DNA from: a virus
DNA: 64,000 nt
Reading direction: 5' to 3' (one strand)
IMG/VR virus record: IMGVR_UViG_3300049255_000405
The stretch's first letter is position 1, and each line of letters begins with the position of its first letter. The position numbers and the translations under genes are program-made. The notes under the pieces are model-generated. The model was not told the origin of the DNA, ran no database searches, and saw nothing but the letters and a program-made list of their open reading frames with translations. Of this stretch, positions 33,736-41,741 are shown piece by piece.

Positions 33736-35262
33736 TCATGAGCCAGTCATCAGCATGTCGTCCATCGTGAGCGTCGTCGCCCGAAGGAGTGCCTGGTCCG
33801 TATTCTTGTCCAGAAGACCCGACTCGATGTGGCGCATGCGCTTGGACTGCCAGATGATCTTACCTATCATCCTGTCGAAGATGGCGTTGTCACGGTTCTT
33901 CATGCAGCCGAGGTAGAACTTGCCATCTTTACGGAGCTGCGGGTTCAAGTATGTGTACGTGATGACGTCGGCGTCCTGCTCGATGCGGTTGGCGTACGAA
34001 ATGGCCTCGAACCCGTAGCGACCGTCTTCTTTGTCCGCTTTGACCTTGCCTTGACGGTTGATCTGGTAGAGACCGAAGACCGGCACCGTGCGGCCTCGAG
34101 CGAAGGACAGTGCCATCATGCGGCACTCGGACACGACGTTGTTGACGGCGTCGACCGTGCTCGTGGTCCGCACCTTCGACCTGAGCCAGCCCATGTGGTC
34201 GAGGACGATGCCATCGCAGCCCCACTTGTTGTGGAACATCTCGGCGCGGCGGTAGACATCTTCGACCGGGGTGCCTGTGATGGCTGACGCCGGTCTCCAG
34301 ATGTAGAGCCTGCCGGGACACGTGGCCTTGAAGTCCTGCGCGACTATCTTGAGGCGCTGCTCGCCGAGTTCGTCCAGCTCGTAGTCTCGGACCTTCTGGT
34401 AGTCGAGTCCGACGTAGCATTGATCCGGGGGCAGCCCGCGGCGCCTGTCCTGCTCGTACCAATCGGTGACGAACTTGCCGTGGGACGAGTGCACAACGAA
34501 CAGCTGCCGGCGAAGCTGCTTATACGGCATTTCGAAGATGCCGTAGAAGATGTTGCGGCCGAACAAATACGCGTTGTTGTAGGCGTAGTTGAGCGCGAGA
34601 GTTGTCTTCAGTTCACCCGGGGCGGCGCAGTGGACCCAAAACTCGCCTGACCGGTGACCCTTACACACGGCGTCGACAGGCTCGAGCCCGATGATGTTGC
34701 GTCCCGCGAACTTGCTGGTGAGCTTGCCTTTGTCGTACTCCTCGAGGAATTCCTCGGCGTCCTCCGTGACGATGCCCTCGAGCTTCTCGCCGGACTCGAC
34801 GCGCGAGAAGTCCGACATCTTTTCGTAGATGAAGTTGATGGCGTCGTTGACGCCTTTGAGGACTTTCTTGCCGTTGATCGGCTTCTCGAGATTGCGGCCG
34901 TGCTCGGCAATCGCTGAAGCGTCGCGCGCTGCAAGGATGAACGACTTGACCTGCTGTTGCTCTTGCTCGGAGCGGACGACTGACAGGAAGTTGGTGCGGA
35001 TGTAGGGCTGGGCTTTCTTGAGTTCCTCCAGCCTCGTGCAGACCTCGACCTCATCCTGCTTCTCGAAGTAGTCGCGCACCAGGGTGAAATCTGGCGGCGC
35101 CGACATTTGGTTGAAGAAGGTCTTGAGGTACTGGTAGATCTTGCGGTCTTCCTCGTGCGGGTACTCAAGCTCATACTCTTGCAGGCGCATCCAGTTCTGG
35201 AGCGCTTCATCCACCTCGGGATGACCACCCACCTGCATGAGACTGCGGAGTATTCTATCCAC
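33736..35262 (-). CDS. DnaB-family replicative DNA helicase
   Basis: RecA-like core with P-loop-like AAPGELKTT and Walker B-like GIVLDHMG; size and layout of DnaB/gp41. Confidence 0.75.
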   Translation of the reverse strand: MDRILRSLMQVGGHPEVDEALQNWMRLQEYELEYPHEEDRKIYQYLKTFFNQMSAPPDFTLVRDYFEKQDEVEVCTRLEELKKAQPYIRTNFLSVVRSEQEQQQVKSFILAARDASAIAEHGRNLEKPINGKKVLKGVNDAINFIYEKMSDFSRVESGEKLEGIVTEDAEEFLEEYDKGKLTSKFAGRNIIGLEPVDAVCKGHRSGEFWVHCAAPGELKTTLALNYAYNNAYLFGRNIFYGIFEMPYKQLRRQLFVVHSSHGKFVTDWYEQDRRRGLPPDQCYVGLDYQKVRDYELDELGEQRLKIVAQDFKATCPGRLYIWRPASAITGTPVEDVYRRAEMFHNKWGCDGIVLDHMGWLRSKVRTTSTVDAVNNVVSECRMMALSFARGRTVPVFGLYQINRQGKVKADKEDGRYGFEAISYANRIEQDADVITYTYLNPQLRKDGKFYLGCMKNRDNAIFDRMIGKIIWQSKRMRHIESGLLDKNTDQALLRATTLTMDDMLMTGS

Positions 35263-36110
35263 TAGAACCTCTTGCTCGGCTTGACGCCCTTACCGAAGTT
35301 TTCGAACCCTGACGGCATTTCATCGGGCGCATCGGGCACAGACCGGATTTGCCTGACTGGAGCCTTCGGCTTAGGCGAAGGAGACGCTACCGGTTCCTTT
35401 CTTGGGGTAGGGGCTGGACTCGGACTGGCATGTACAGGCTCTGGAGCGAGCGGGCTGCTCTCGAGCGATGTTGGCGGCGGAGGTACGTAATTGTCCGGCA
35501 GAATCGCTTCGACCCGGACTTGAACGAGGGAGCGCAGGATGGCGCCAATGGTCTCGGACCAAGCGAAACTGCTATCGTGGAAAGGCTCGCGTTTGTCCGA
35601 CACCATCCACAGGGGTTGCTTGCGGTCGAGCCTGTAGCACATCGCCTCTTCGAGAGCACCAGAGGCGGCCCGGTTCTTGGACTTGAGTTCGTTGAGCTTG
35701 ATGAGGAGAAGGTCCGGGGATTTGACCAAGTCCTCGATGTTGTTGTAGACAGGCTCTTTGCTGAACTCACCACGAGCCTTGGACGACGTCGACCCGACGT
35801 AAACGTCGCGGATTTCGCGGTCAGACGTGATGCGGACGAACTTGTTGCTATACTTGATCATGACGAGCTTGATGAAAGCTCGCATGTCAGCCTGGTAGGC
35901 CGTGATGTGCAGCGATCTGTTGATGGCGTCCATCAGGCGCGTCTTGCCGTCCGGAAGAAGCGCCCTGATATGGCCCTCGAGGACCGGGGCCGTGCGGATG
36001 AAGGCGGGCATGGCCGCAGCGATGCGCCGAAGCTCGGCGCACTCGCATTCGTAGAGCTTTCCCTCGCGCTCTACGACGCCTTGTCCTCCGCAAATCGCAC
36101 AGGCAGCCAC
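35262..36110 (-). CDS. Hypothetical zinc-ribbon protein (possible helicase loader or primase accessory)
   Basis: CAICGGQG...CEC N-terminus; Pro/Ser-rich C-terminus; 1-nt stop/start overlap with the helicase gene. Confidence 0.5.
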   Translation of the reverse strand: MAACAICGGQGVVEREGKLYECECAELRRIAAAMPAFIRTAPVLEGHIRALLPDGKTRLMDAINRSLHITAYQADMRAFIKLVMIKYSNKFVRITSDREIRDVYVGSTSSKARGEFSKEPVYNNIEDLVKSPDLLLIKLNELKSKNRAASGALEEAMCYRLDRKQPLWMVSDKREPFHDSSFAWSETIGAILRSLVQVRVEAILPDNYVPPPPTSLESSPLAPEPVHASPSPAPTPRKEPVASPSPKPKAPVRQIRSVPDAPDEMPSGFENFGKGVKPSKRF

Positions 36111-36121
36111 GGGCCGGGACC

Positions 36122-38191
36122 TTACACGTCCGAAAAGTCAATCGCGATGTCGGCGATCTTGTAGTTATCCTCAGCAACAGTTGTAAATGACTGCTTGGCG
36201 GTTGACTTCTTGACTTTCTTGGCTTTGACGGGCGTCTTGGACTTGTCGGTGAGCAGACCCTGGAGAACGTCCTGCAGAGCGTTCTGCTCCACGAACTTGA
36301 GGCCATCCTTGAGATTCTCGCCGGCGACTTTGTCCGCGAGCTTCTTCTTGGTCCGCAGGGCTTTGAGTACCTGGTGGTCGATGGTCTTGCTTTCATCACG
36401 CTTGCGGCCGAGGAAGTGATGGGCGACCACCATCTTGTGCAGCGAGCCGATGCGAAGCGCGCGTCCGATGAGCTGCAAGTAATCGCCCCAGCTCCACGGC
36501 AGGTCGAGCAAGCCGAAGTGCTCGGCTGAGTGCAGGTTGAGGCTTTCCGAGCCGGCGGTCGTGATGAGGATGACGTTCACGCCGGAGTTCATGTCCTGGA
36601 ACATCGCACGGTTCTTGTCGCGAACCTGTGCGTTGTTCTCTTTGCCCGTAATGCGCGTGCAGGCGATGTCCTTGTCCTTCAGGGCCTTCTCGACGAGCGA
36701 AATCATGCGCTCGAACTTCGAGAACACGATGACCTTCTGATCGGCCGCCTCGGTCTGCAGAAGCTCGATGAGTGCATCGATCTTGGACGACGGGCCCTTG
36801 TACGGCTCGCCGTTCTCGTCCATCAGCAGCTCGGGCGAATCGCACGCCTGCTGGCACATCACCATCGCCGACAGAAGCTCGGAGTCGGACGTGTCCGGGT
36901 CGTTGTTCTTGTTGATGAGCCCGTTCTCGGCCAGGTCATACAGCTCTTCCTGCAGCTCGGTCAGCTCGCACTCGATCTCCATCGAGACAAGCTCCGGAAG
37001 CTCCTTGGCCACGTCGTGCTTTTTGCGCGACAGGTAGTAGGGCTCGATTATCTCGACAAACTTCTCGAGGTTCTTGTACCCGACGACCAGCAGGACGTTG
37101 CGCCCTCCGCCGATGGACTGCAATCTCGTGACGCAGAACTGCTCGTGGAAATGCGAGATCTTGGGGAAGAGCGACGGTTGCAGAATCCGGAAGAGGCTCC
37201 AGAATTCCATGAGTCGGTTCTTGACTGGCGTCGCCGTCAGGCCGTAGGCGCGCTGGGCCACCTTCGCCAGCATTGCCGTCTTCTCGTGGAACTGGCTCTT
37301 GTGATTCTTGAGTTTGTGCATCTCATCCATGACGAGAAGGAACTTCAGATGCGGATGAGCCTTTCGCATCTTCTGCACGTAGTCGATGATCCCCGGAACC
37401 TTCTTCGGGGGAGCGAACTCGTCGCGCAGCGCCTTGAGCTTGGCCTCCGCGTCTACGGCTGACTGCCTCCGCTCGAGGTAAGCTGTGAAGACCTGCGCGT
37501 CCGCTTCCGTGAACATGCTGGGCGGCTGCGGCTTCGTCTCGTAATTGACGAAATCCGCCAGGTATTGGTGCACCTGCCACGGGTGCTCACGGAAGTAGGC
37601 GTCGAACTTCTCCTTCTCAGCTTCGAAAAGGGTCGCCGCTTCTTTGCTCGCCGCTCGAGCGGCGTCCAATTCCTTCTGGAAGCCCTTGCGCGGTGACTTG
37701 CCCTTCTCCTTGATCACCGCCTCGTGCATGTCGTACATGATCATGTCGTACGACAAGATCAGCAGGCGTTTCTTGTCCGGGTCGTACGTGGAAAAGAACT
37801 GCTCGTAGATTTCGTGCCGGCGAAAGGGTGAGCCGTGGACTGTGACGGCCTCCATGCCCTGCATGAAGCGCTTCGTCTCGCCTTCCCACTGGAAGAGTGC
37901 CGACTTTGTGGTGATGATGATAGGAACGTATTCCGGCTCCTTCATCCAAATGTAGCCGATGGTCGACAGGACCTCGAGCGTCTTGCCGAGGCCGGTGTCG
38001 TCTCCGAGGAGCATGCGCTCGACTTGGAGCATGTTGAGGACGCCCTGCGCCTGGTAGACGCGCAGCTTGACGTCCCTCTCGTCGCCGTACTCATCCGTGT
38101 ACTTTTCCCTAAGATAGGGAGACGGCTTGAGCGCCAGATCCGGCTTGGTCCGAATCTGTCGGATTTTGGCGAGAAGATCGGGTGAGATCAT
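36122..38191 (-). CDS. SNF2/RAD54-family helicase (DEAH-box ATPase)
   Basis: GLGKT P-loop, LVMDEMHKLKN motif II, helicase-C motifs (TTAGSESLNL, QLIGRALRIGS). Confidence 0.85.
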   Translation of the reverse strand: MISPDLLAKIRQIRTKPDLALKPSPYLREKYTDEYGDERDVKLRVYQAQGVLNMLQVERMLLGDDTGLGKTLEVLSTIGYIWMKEPEYVPIIITTKSALFQWEGETKRFMQGMEAVTVHGSPFRRHEIYEQFFSTYDPDKKRLLILSYDMIMYDMHEAVIKEKGKSPRKGFQKELDAARAASKEAATLFEAEKEKFDAYFREHPWQVHQYLADFVNYETKPQPPSMFTEADAQVFTAYLERRQSAVDAEAKLKALRDEFAPPKKVPGIIDYVQKMRKAHPHLKFLLVMDEMHKLKNHKSQFHEKTAMLAKVAQRAYGLTATPVKNRLMEFWSLFRILQPSLFPKISHFHEQFCVTRLQSIGGGRNVLLVVGYKNLEKFVEIIEPYYLSRKKHDVAKELPELVSMEIECELTELQEELYDLAENGLINKNNDPDTSDSELLSAMVMCQQACDSPELLMDENGEPYKGPSSKIDALIELLQTEAADQKVIVFSKFERMISLVEKALKDKDIACTRITGKENNAQVRDKNRAMFQDMNSGVNVILITTAGSESLNLHSAEHFGLLDLPWSWGDYLQLIGRALRIGSLHKMVVAHHFLGRKRDESKTIDHQVLKALRTKKKLADKVAGENLKDGLKFVEQNALQDVLQGLLTDKSKTPVKAKKVKKSTAKQSFTTVAEDNYKIADIAIDFSDV

Positions 38192-38217
38192 CACCCGATC
38201 TTACAACTATCGAAGCG

Positions 38218-38658
38218 TCAGTGCTTGGAAGCGCCGCCGCAGTTCCAGCCCATTGCCTGCACGTCAGCCGAGGTCTTGGCACCGAGCAGATCGTTGCAGG
38301 TGAGGCCCTGCTGGGTCTTGGGGTTGCGGATGACGCGGTTGGCCTGCGCGAGCGACAGAACCTTGGCGCAATCCGCCTGCTGGGCGCAGCCCATGGCGGC
38401 CATCTGAGCGCATGCCTTGGCGCACGGATCCGTGGGAGCCGGAGGAGCTGCATCCTGCGCCGGAGTCGGAGCGGGAGCTGCATCGACCGCAGGCGTCGGC
38501 GTGGGGGCCGAATCCATGGTCGGGACAGGCGGCGGAGGGCTTCCGTCGGGTCCTCCGTCCGGTGCCGGTGGGTTGGGCGGGGTCGGAGGGCACCCCGCCA
38601 TGCCGAGCGTCGACACGGCCAGGAAGAGCCCGAGAAGGGGGATCGCTGTCTTCTTCAT
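38218..38658 (-). CDS. Proline-rich lipoprotein (possible outer-membrane spanin-like component)
   Basis: MKKTAIPLLGLFLAVSTLGMAGC signal with lipobox; PPNPPAPDGGPDGSPPPPVP; C-terminal Cys pairs. Confidence 0.55.
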   Translation of the reverse strand: MKKTAIPLLGLFLAVSTLGMAGCPPTPPNPPAPDGGPDGSPPPPVPTMDSAPTPTPAVDAAPAPTPAQDAAPPAPTDPCAKACAQMAAMGCAQQADCAKVLSLAQANRVIRNPKTQQGLTCNDLLGAKTSADVQAMGWNCGGASKH

Positions 38659-39527
38659 CACGCAGCCGCCTTCTGGACCTGGACGTCCATCACGTAAAGC
38701 TCCCAGGCCGCCTTGACCCACGCCTCGGAAACGAGGCAGCGACCGTTGTCACACCAGCCGGTACCCCAGCTGTTGGTGAGGATGAAGGTGCGGGTTCCGT
38801 CCGCGTTGGTGGTGTAGCCCGACAGGTAGATGGCGTGGCCACCGCCGTTCGGGTCGTTCGTGTTCGGAGGCTGCGCCACCTGGCCCGGCTGCAGCTGCTC
38901 GAACGCCGTGTCGACGAACGCCGCGACGTAGACCGGGAAACCGGCGGCGAGAGCCGCAGCCACCTGATCCGAAACGTTCGCTGCACTCGGGTCGATGGCG
39001 TACTCGCCCGTGACGATGGTGGTGCCAGCTGCCTGGAGCTGGTTGGCGTCCACCTCGTTGTTGACGTTCGCCGGCTGAGCCGTCGTGTCAGCATCCGACC
39101 AGATGTCGGAGTTGCGGCCGTCCGGAGTCGGGCCCTGCATCGGAGCAACGCCGAACTGCGCGCATGCCGTGAACACGTCCGCGGGCTCGGCGCCCGAGTC
39201 GGTGAGAAGCGGCAGGGGCTGACCCGCCGGCGTCTGCGCCGCGCGCTCGATTCCTCGAGTAGCGGCGTACGTCTCGCGCGGCGAAGGCTCGAACCCGATC
39301 TGGATGCCCGCCTTGCGGCAAGCTGTGGAGGTGCTGCCCGACAGCGAGTGCGCCGTGCAGGAGCCCGTCTGGCCCTGATCGAGCCGCGGGGGCTCCCACT
39401 GGGACAGGTCGACGGACGCCGGAACGGTGGCCGCAAGGAGTGCGGCAATCGCCGGGTGGGTGGCCGCCGCTTTCTTGGAGGCGACCTTCGACGGATGACT
39501 GCGCTTTGCACCCTTTGCGAACGGCAT
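38658..39527 (-). CDS. Papain-like (C1 family) cysteine peptidase, secreted
   Basis: QGQTGSCTAHS (catalytic Cys context), GGHAIYLSGY (His), NSWGTGWCDNG (Asn/Trp); weak N-terminal signal. Confidence 0.7.
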   Translation of the reverse strand: MPFAKGAKRSHPSKVASKKAAATHPAIAALLAATVPASVDLSQWEPPRLDQGQTGSCTAHSLSGSTSTACRKAGIQIGFEPSPRETYAATRGIERAAQTPAGQPLPLLTDSGAEPADVFTACAQFGVAPMQGPTPDGRNSDIWSDADTTAQPANVNNEVDANQLQAAGTTIVTGEYAIDPSAANVSDQVAAALAAGFPVYVAAFVDTAFEQLQPGQVAQPPNTNDPNGGGHAIYLSGYTTNADGTRTFILTNSWGTGWCDNGRCLVSEAWVKAAWELYVMDVQVQKAAA

Positions 39528-39950
39528 TTACTTGGCTCCCGCTGCCTTCTGGGCTCGGACGTTGGACTGCAGCGTCTTGAAGTTCGCGAGGAGAGAGACC
39601 GACACGCAATTGGGCAGGCCGTACGCCGGCTTGCCGGAACCACATTTCATGTCGCTCGCCGCCACGGCCGCGCCAGCTTCCTGCGGCTGGTCGTAGTAAT
39701 TGATGATGCTGGCGATGATCTGCTCGACATCAGCCAGGGTCGAGCCGATGCACGCGCCGGTGATCTTGAGCGGGTCGGTCACGCCTTGGAACATCTCGGC
39801 GATGACGCAGCTGGCGATCTGGCCAACGTCCGTCGTCACCTGGCCGCTATTGCTGGCCCACCAGCCACAGCCAGTCTGCGTTGCTGTGGTGCCGCCGATA
39901 GCGACACCCATACCCACGATGATTGCGATTGGAGCCAGTTTGCGAATCAC
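39528..39950 (-). CDS. N-terminal-TM / secreted Cys-containing protein (possible inner-membrane spanin-like)
   Basis: MIRKLAPIAIIVGMGVAIGG TM; TAA/ATG junction with the peptidase gene. Confidence 0.45.
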   Translation of the reverse strand: MIRKLAPIAIIVGMGVAIGGTTATQTGCGWWASNSGQVTTDVGQIASCVIAEMFQGVTDPLKITGACIGSTLADVEQIIASIINYYDQPQEAGAAVAASDMKCGSGKPAYGLPNCVSVSLLANFKTLQSNVRAQKAAGAK

Positions 39951-40399
39951 TTGCCACCTCCATCAGCCGCCGGCGCAGCAGGTGCCGGGGTGGGCGTTTT
40001 GCCCTGGGAAGACTTGTGCGCGATGAGGTGGGCATGGCACGCAGCGCCCGCGCCAGCTGACGACAGCGCCATGACGCCAGCGATGATGGCGTTCAGAATG
40101 GACGAGCCGTTGACACCGGAAGCGCCCTGCAGCGACAGACCGAAGGCCGTCAGGAATGAACCAGCCAGAGTCAGGTAGGGGATCCACGCCTTAGGCGTGG
40201 TCGCGACCCCGAAGAGACTGCCAGTGTTGACGGCCTGTCCAATGAAGCCCGCGAGCAGAGCGACGATGGTCACGATCGCCGTCTGTGTCGAAATCGTGAC
40301 AGCCGCAGCGGGGGCCGCAGTCTGCGCGAAAGCGAGGCTCGCGAAGGACATGACGACGCCGAAAGTGAGGGCGAACGTCAGGGTAGATCGGAACTTCAT
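39947..40399 (-). CDS. Multi-TM membrane protein with signal peptide (holin-like candidate)
   Basis: MKFRSTLTFALTFGVVMSFASLAFAQ plus 3 hydrophobic helices; ATGA overlap with the downstream gene. Confidence 0.45.
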   Translation of the reverse strand: MKFRSTLTFALTFGVVMSFASLAFAQTAAPAAAVTISTQTAIVTIVALLAGFIGQAVNTGSLFGVATTPKAWIPYLTLAGSFLTAFGLSLQGASGVNGSSILNAIIAGVMALSSAGAGAACHAHLIAHKSSQGKTPTPAPAAPAADGGGK

Positions 40400-40504
40400 G
40401 GGAAATACCTCGCCCCAGGAGGCCCATGAAAGTTCTAGCCGCTTACGGGGTACAGCCGTAAATCCAGAAGGGGATTATGTAGCCAATTGGAGGAGATAGA
40501 ACAA

Positions 40505-41113
40505 ATGAAGTCGCTGAAGGTTGTCTCGGTCAGTCTGGTGTTCGTTGCAGCGCTCGTGGGCTGCACTTCCGACGCGTTCACGTCGGGCGACCTGCCGGAC
40601 TCGGGAACCGACTCCGGAGACCCGACCGAAGGTTCGGTCGGAAACGACTCCGGCGGCGACAGCGCCAAGGTGGGAGATCCCGATACTGGCGTGGATGCGG
40701 GCCCAGGGATCGACACCGGCACGACGGACACCGGGACGCCCGACTCCGGCACCGACACGGGGACGACAGACTCCGGGACAGTGGATTCCGGCACCGACAC
40801 GGGGACGACAGACTCCGGCGCCGACGCCGCCGACGCCGCCGACGCGAGCTGTTTCACGGTCCCCTCTGGCTCCACCGGAGTCACCTGCGACTCCTGCATG
40901 AAGTCGTCGCCGTGCGCCAGTCAGCGAGACATCTGCATCGCTCAGTGCGGTCCCTCGGGATGCGCCGACGCCTGGGAGGGTTTCCTCGCCTGCATCGACC
41001 TGAACCCGGATGCCGGCGGGACTCTCTGCGCCAGCACCTGGCTCTCGGACAGCCCCGTGGAGGCCAACCTAGCCTCCTGCGGCAACACCTTCTGCAGCAG
41101 CCAGTGTCAGTAG
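40505..41113 (+). CDS. Lipoprotein with (D/T)(S/T)GT tandem repeats and Cys-rich C-terminal domain, on the opposite strand to its neighbours (moron-like)
   Basis: GGAGG RBS; MKSLKVVSVSLVFVAALVGC lipobox; 12 Cys in the last 80 aa. Confidence 0.65.
   Translation: MKSLKVVSVSLVFVAALVGCTSDAFTSGDLPDSGTDSGDPTEGSVGNDSGGDSAKVGDPDTGVDAGPGIDTGTTDTGTPDSGTDTGTTDSGTVDSGTDTGTTDSGADAADAADASCFTVPSGSTGVTCDSCMKSSPCASQRDICIAQCGPSGCADAWEGFLACIDLNPDAGGTLCASTWLSDSPVEANLASCGNTFCSSQCQ
40696..40848 (+). repeat. Tandem ~45-nt coding repeat (TCCGGCACCGACACGGGGACGACAGACTCCGG twice) plus GCCGACGCC triplets
   Basis: Near-identical copies at 40744-40776 and 40787-40818. Confidence 0.6.
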
Positions 41114-41114
41114 G

Positions 41115-41741
41115 TCACTTGGGCTTCTGAACGAGGCCCATGCGCTCGGCAAGAGAGCGCATGACAGCATCACGCTCCTGGTCGTCCAGTTCATCCCAAG
41201 TCTTGCCGGCAGCGGAAGCCTTCGGCGAGGCGAGCTTCGCCTCGAGGCGAGCTTTACCGATCTGAGCCGCCGGGTGATGCTGGATAGCCGGAACGATGGT
41301 CACCGTAGGCTGGGCGGGCACCGTATCCGCAGGGGCGACCCCAGGAACGATGGAGCGATTCACCAGCAATTGGTTGCCGGACACGTTTGTCTTGGTGGCG
41401 ACTTCGTACACGTGAGTGACGGTTTCGAAAACGACGGCGACACGCTTGCCGTAGTCGGCATACCAAAGATCACGAGTGGCCTGGTCCATGGCGTGGCTGA
41501 TGTAAGCCGAGGGGAGCGCTGCCATCACCAAGGGCTGAGACGGGTCCTTGGACCAAAGACTACCCTGGATGGCATCTCCGAAATCGGAGAACGACACATC
41601 ATTCGGGAGCGTGTACTTGACGCCCGCCACGTAGAACACGCCGGCGCGAAGTATGTATTGCTGGCCAACAATATCGATGCGGTAGTTCAGATCCAACTGA
41701 CCGGCCGCGCCGACACCGTTATGGTAGTAGATCCCGAACAT
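41115..41741 (-). CDS. Hypothetical structural-module protein
   Basis: Track ORF, contiguous with structural genes. Confidence 0.5.
   Translation of the reverse strand: MFGIYYHNGVGAAGQLDLNYRIDIVGQQYILRAGVFYVAGVKYTLPNDVSFSDFGDAIQGSLWSKDPSQPLVMAALPSAYISHAMDQATRDLWYADYGKRVAVVFETVTHVYEVATKTNVSGNQLLVNRSIVPGVAPADTVPAQPTVTIVPAIQHHPAAQIGKARLEAKLASPKASAAGKTWDELDDQERDAVMRSLAERMGLVQKPK

Noticed and set aside
32007-33770. 587 aa + strand ORF
   Set aside because: Antisense to the MVP-like gene and the small gene upstream. It has a low-complexity R/D/L/V composition.
38412-40178. 588 aa + strand ORF and other long antisense ORFs (47006..49066, 47397..48830 alt-frame, 30087..31364, 36530..37462, 39088..39645, 38690..39643, 2817..3563, 5919..7082, 34608..35228, 30629..31441, 35349..36164, 45278..46660, 45658..46779, 43010..44011, 44244..45062)
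   Set aside because: Each is antisense or in an alternate frame of a gene with clear homology or conserved paralogs, and has biased R/G/A/S/P composition. These are high-GC artefacts.
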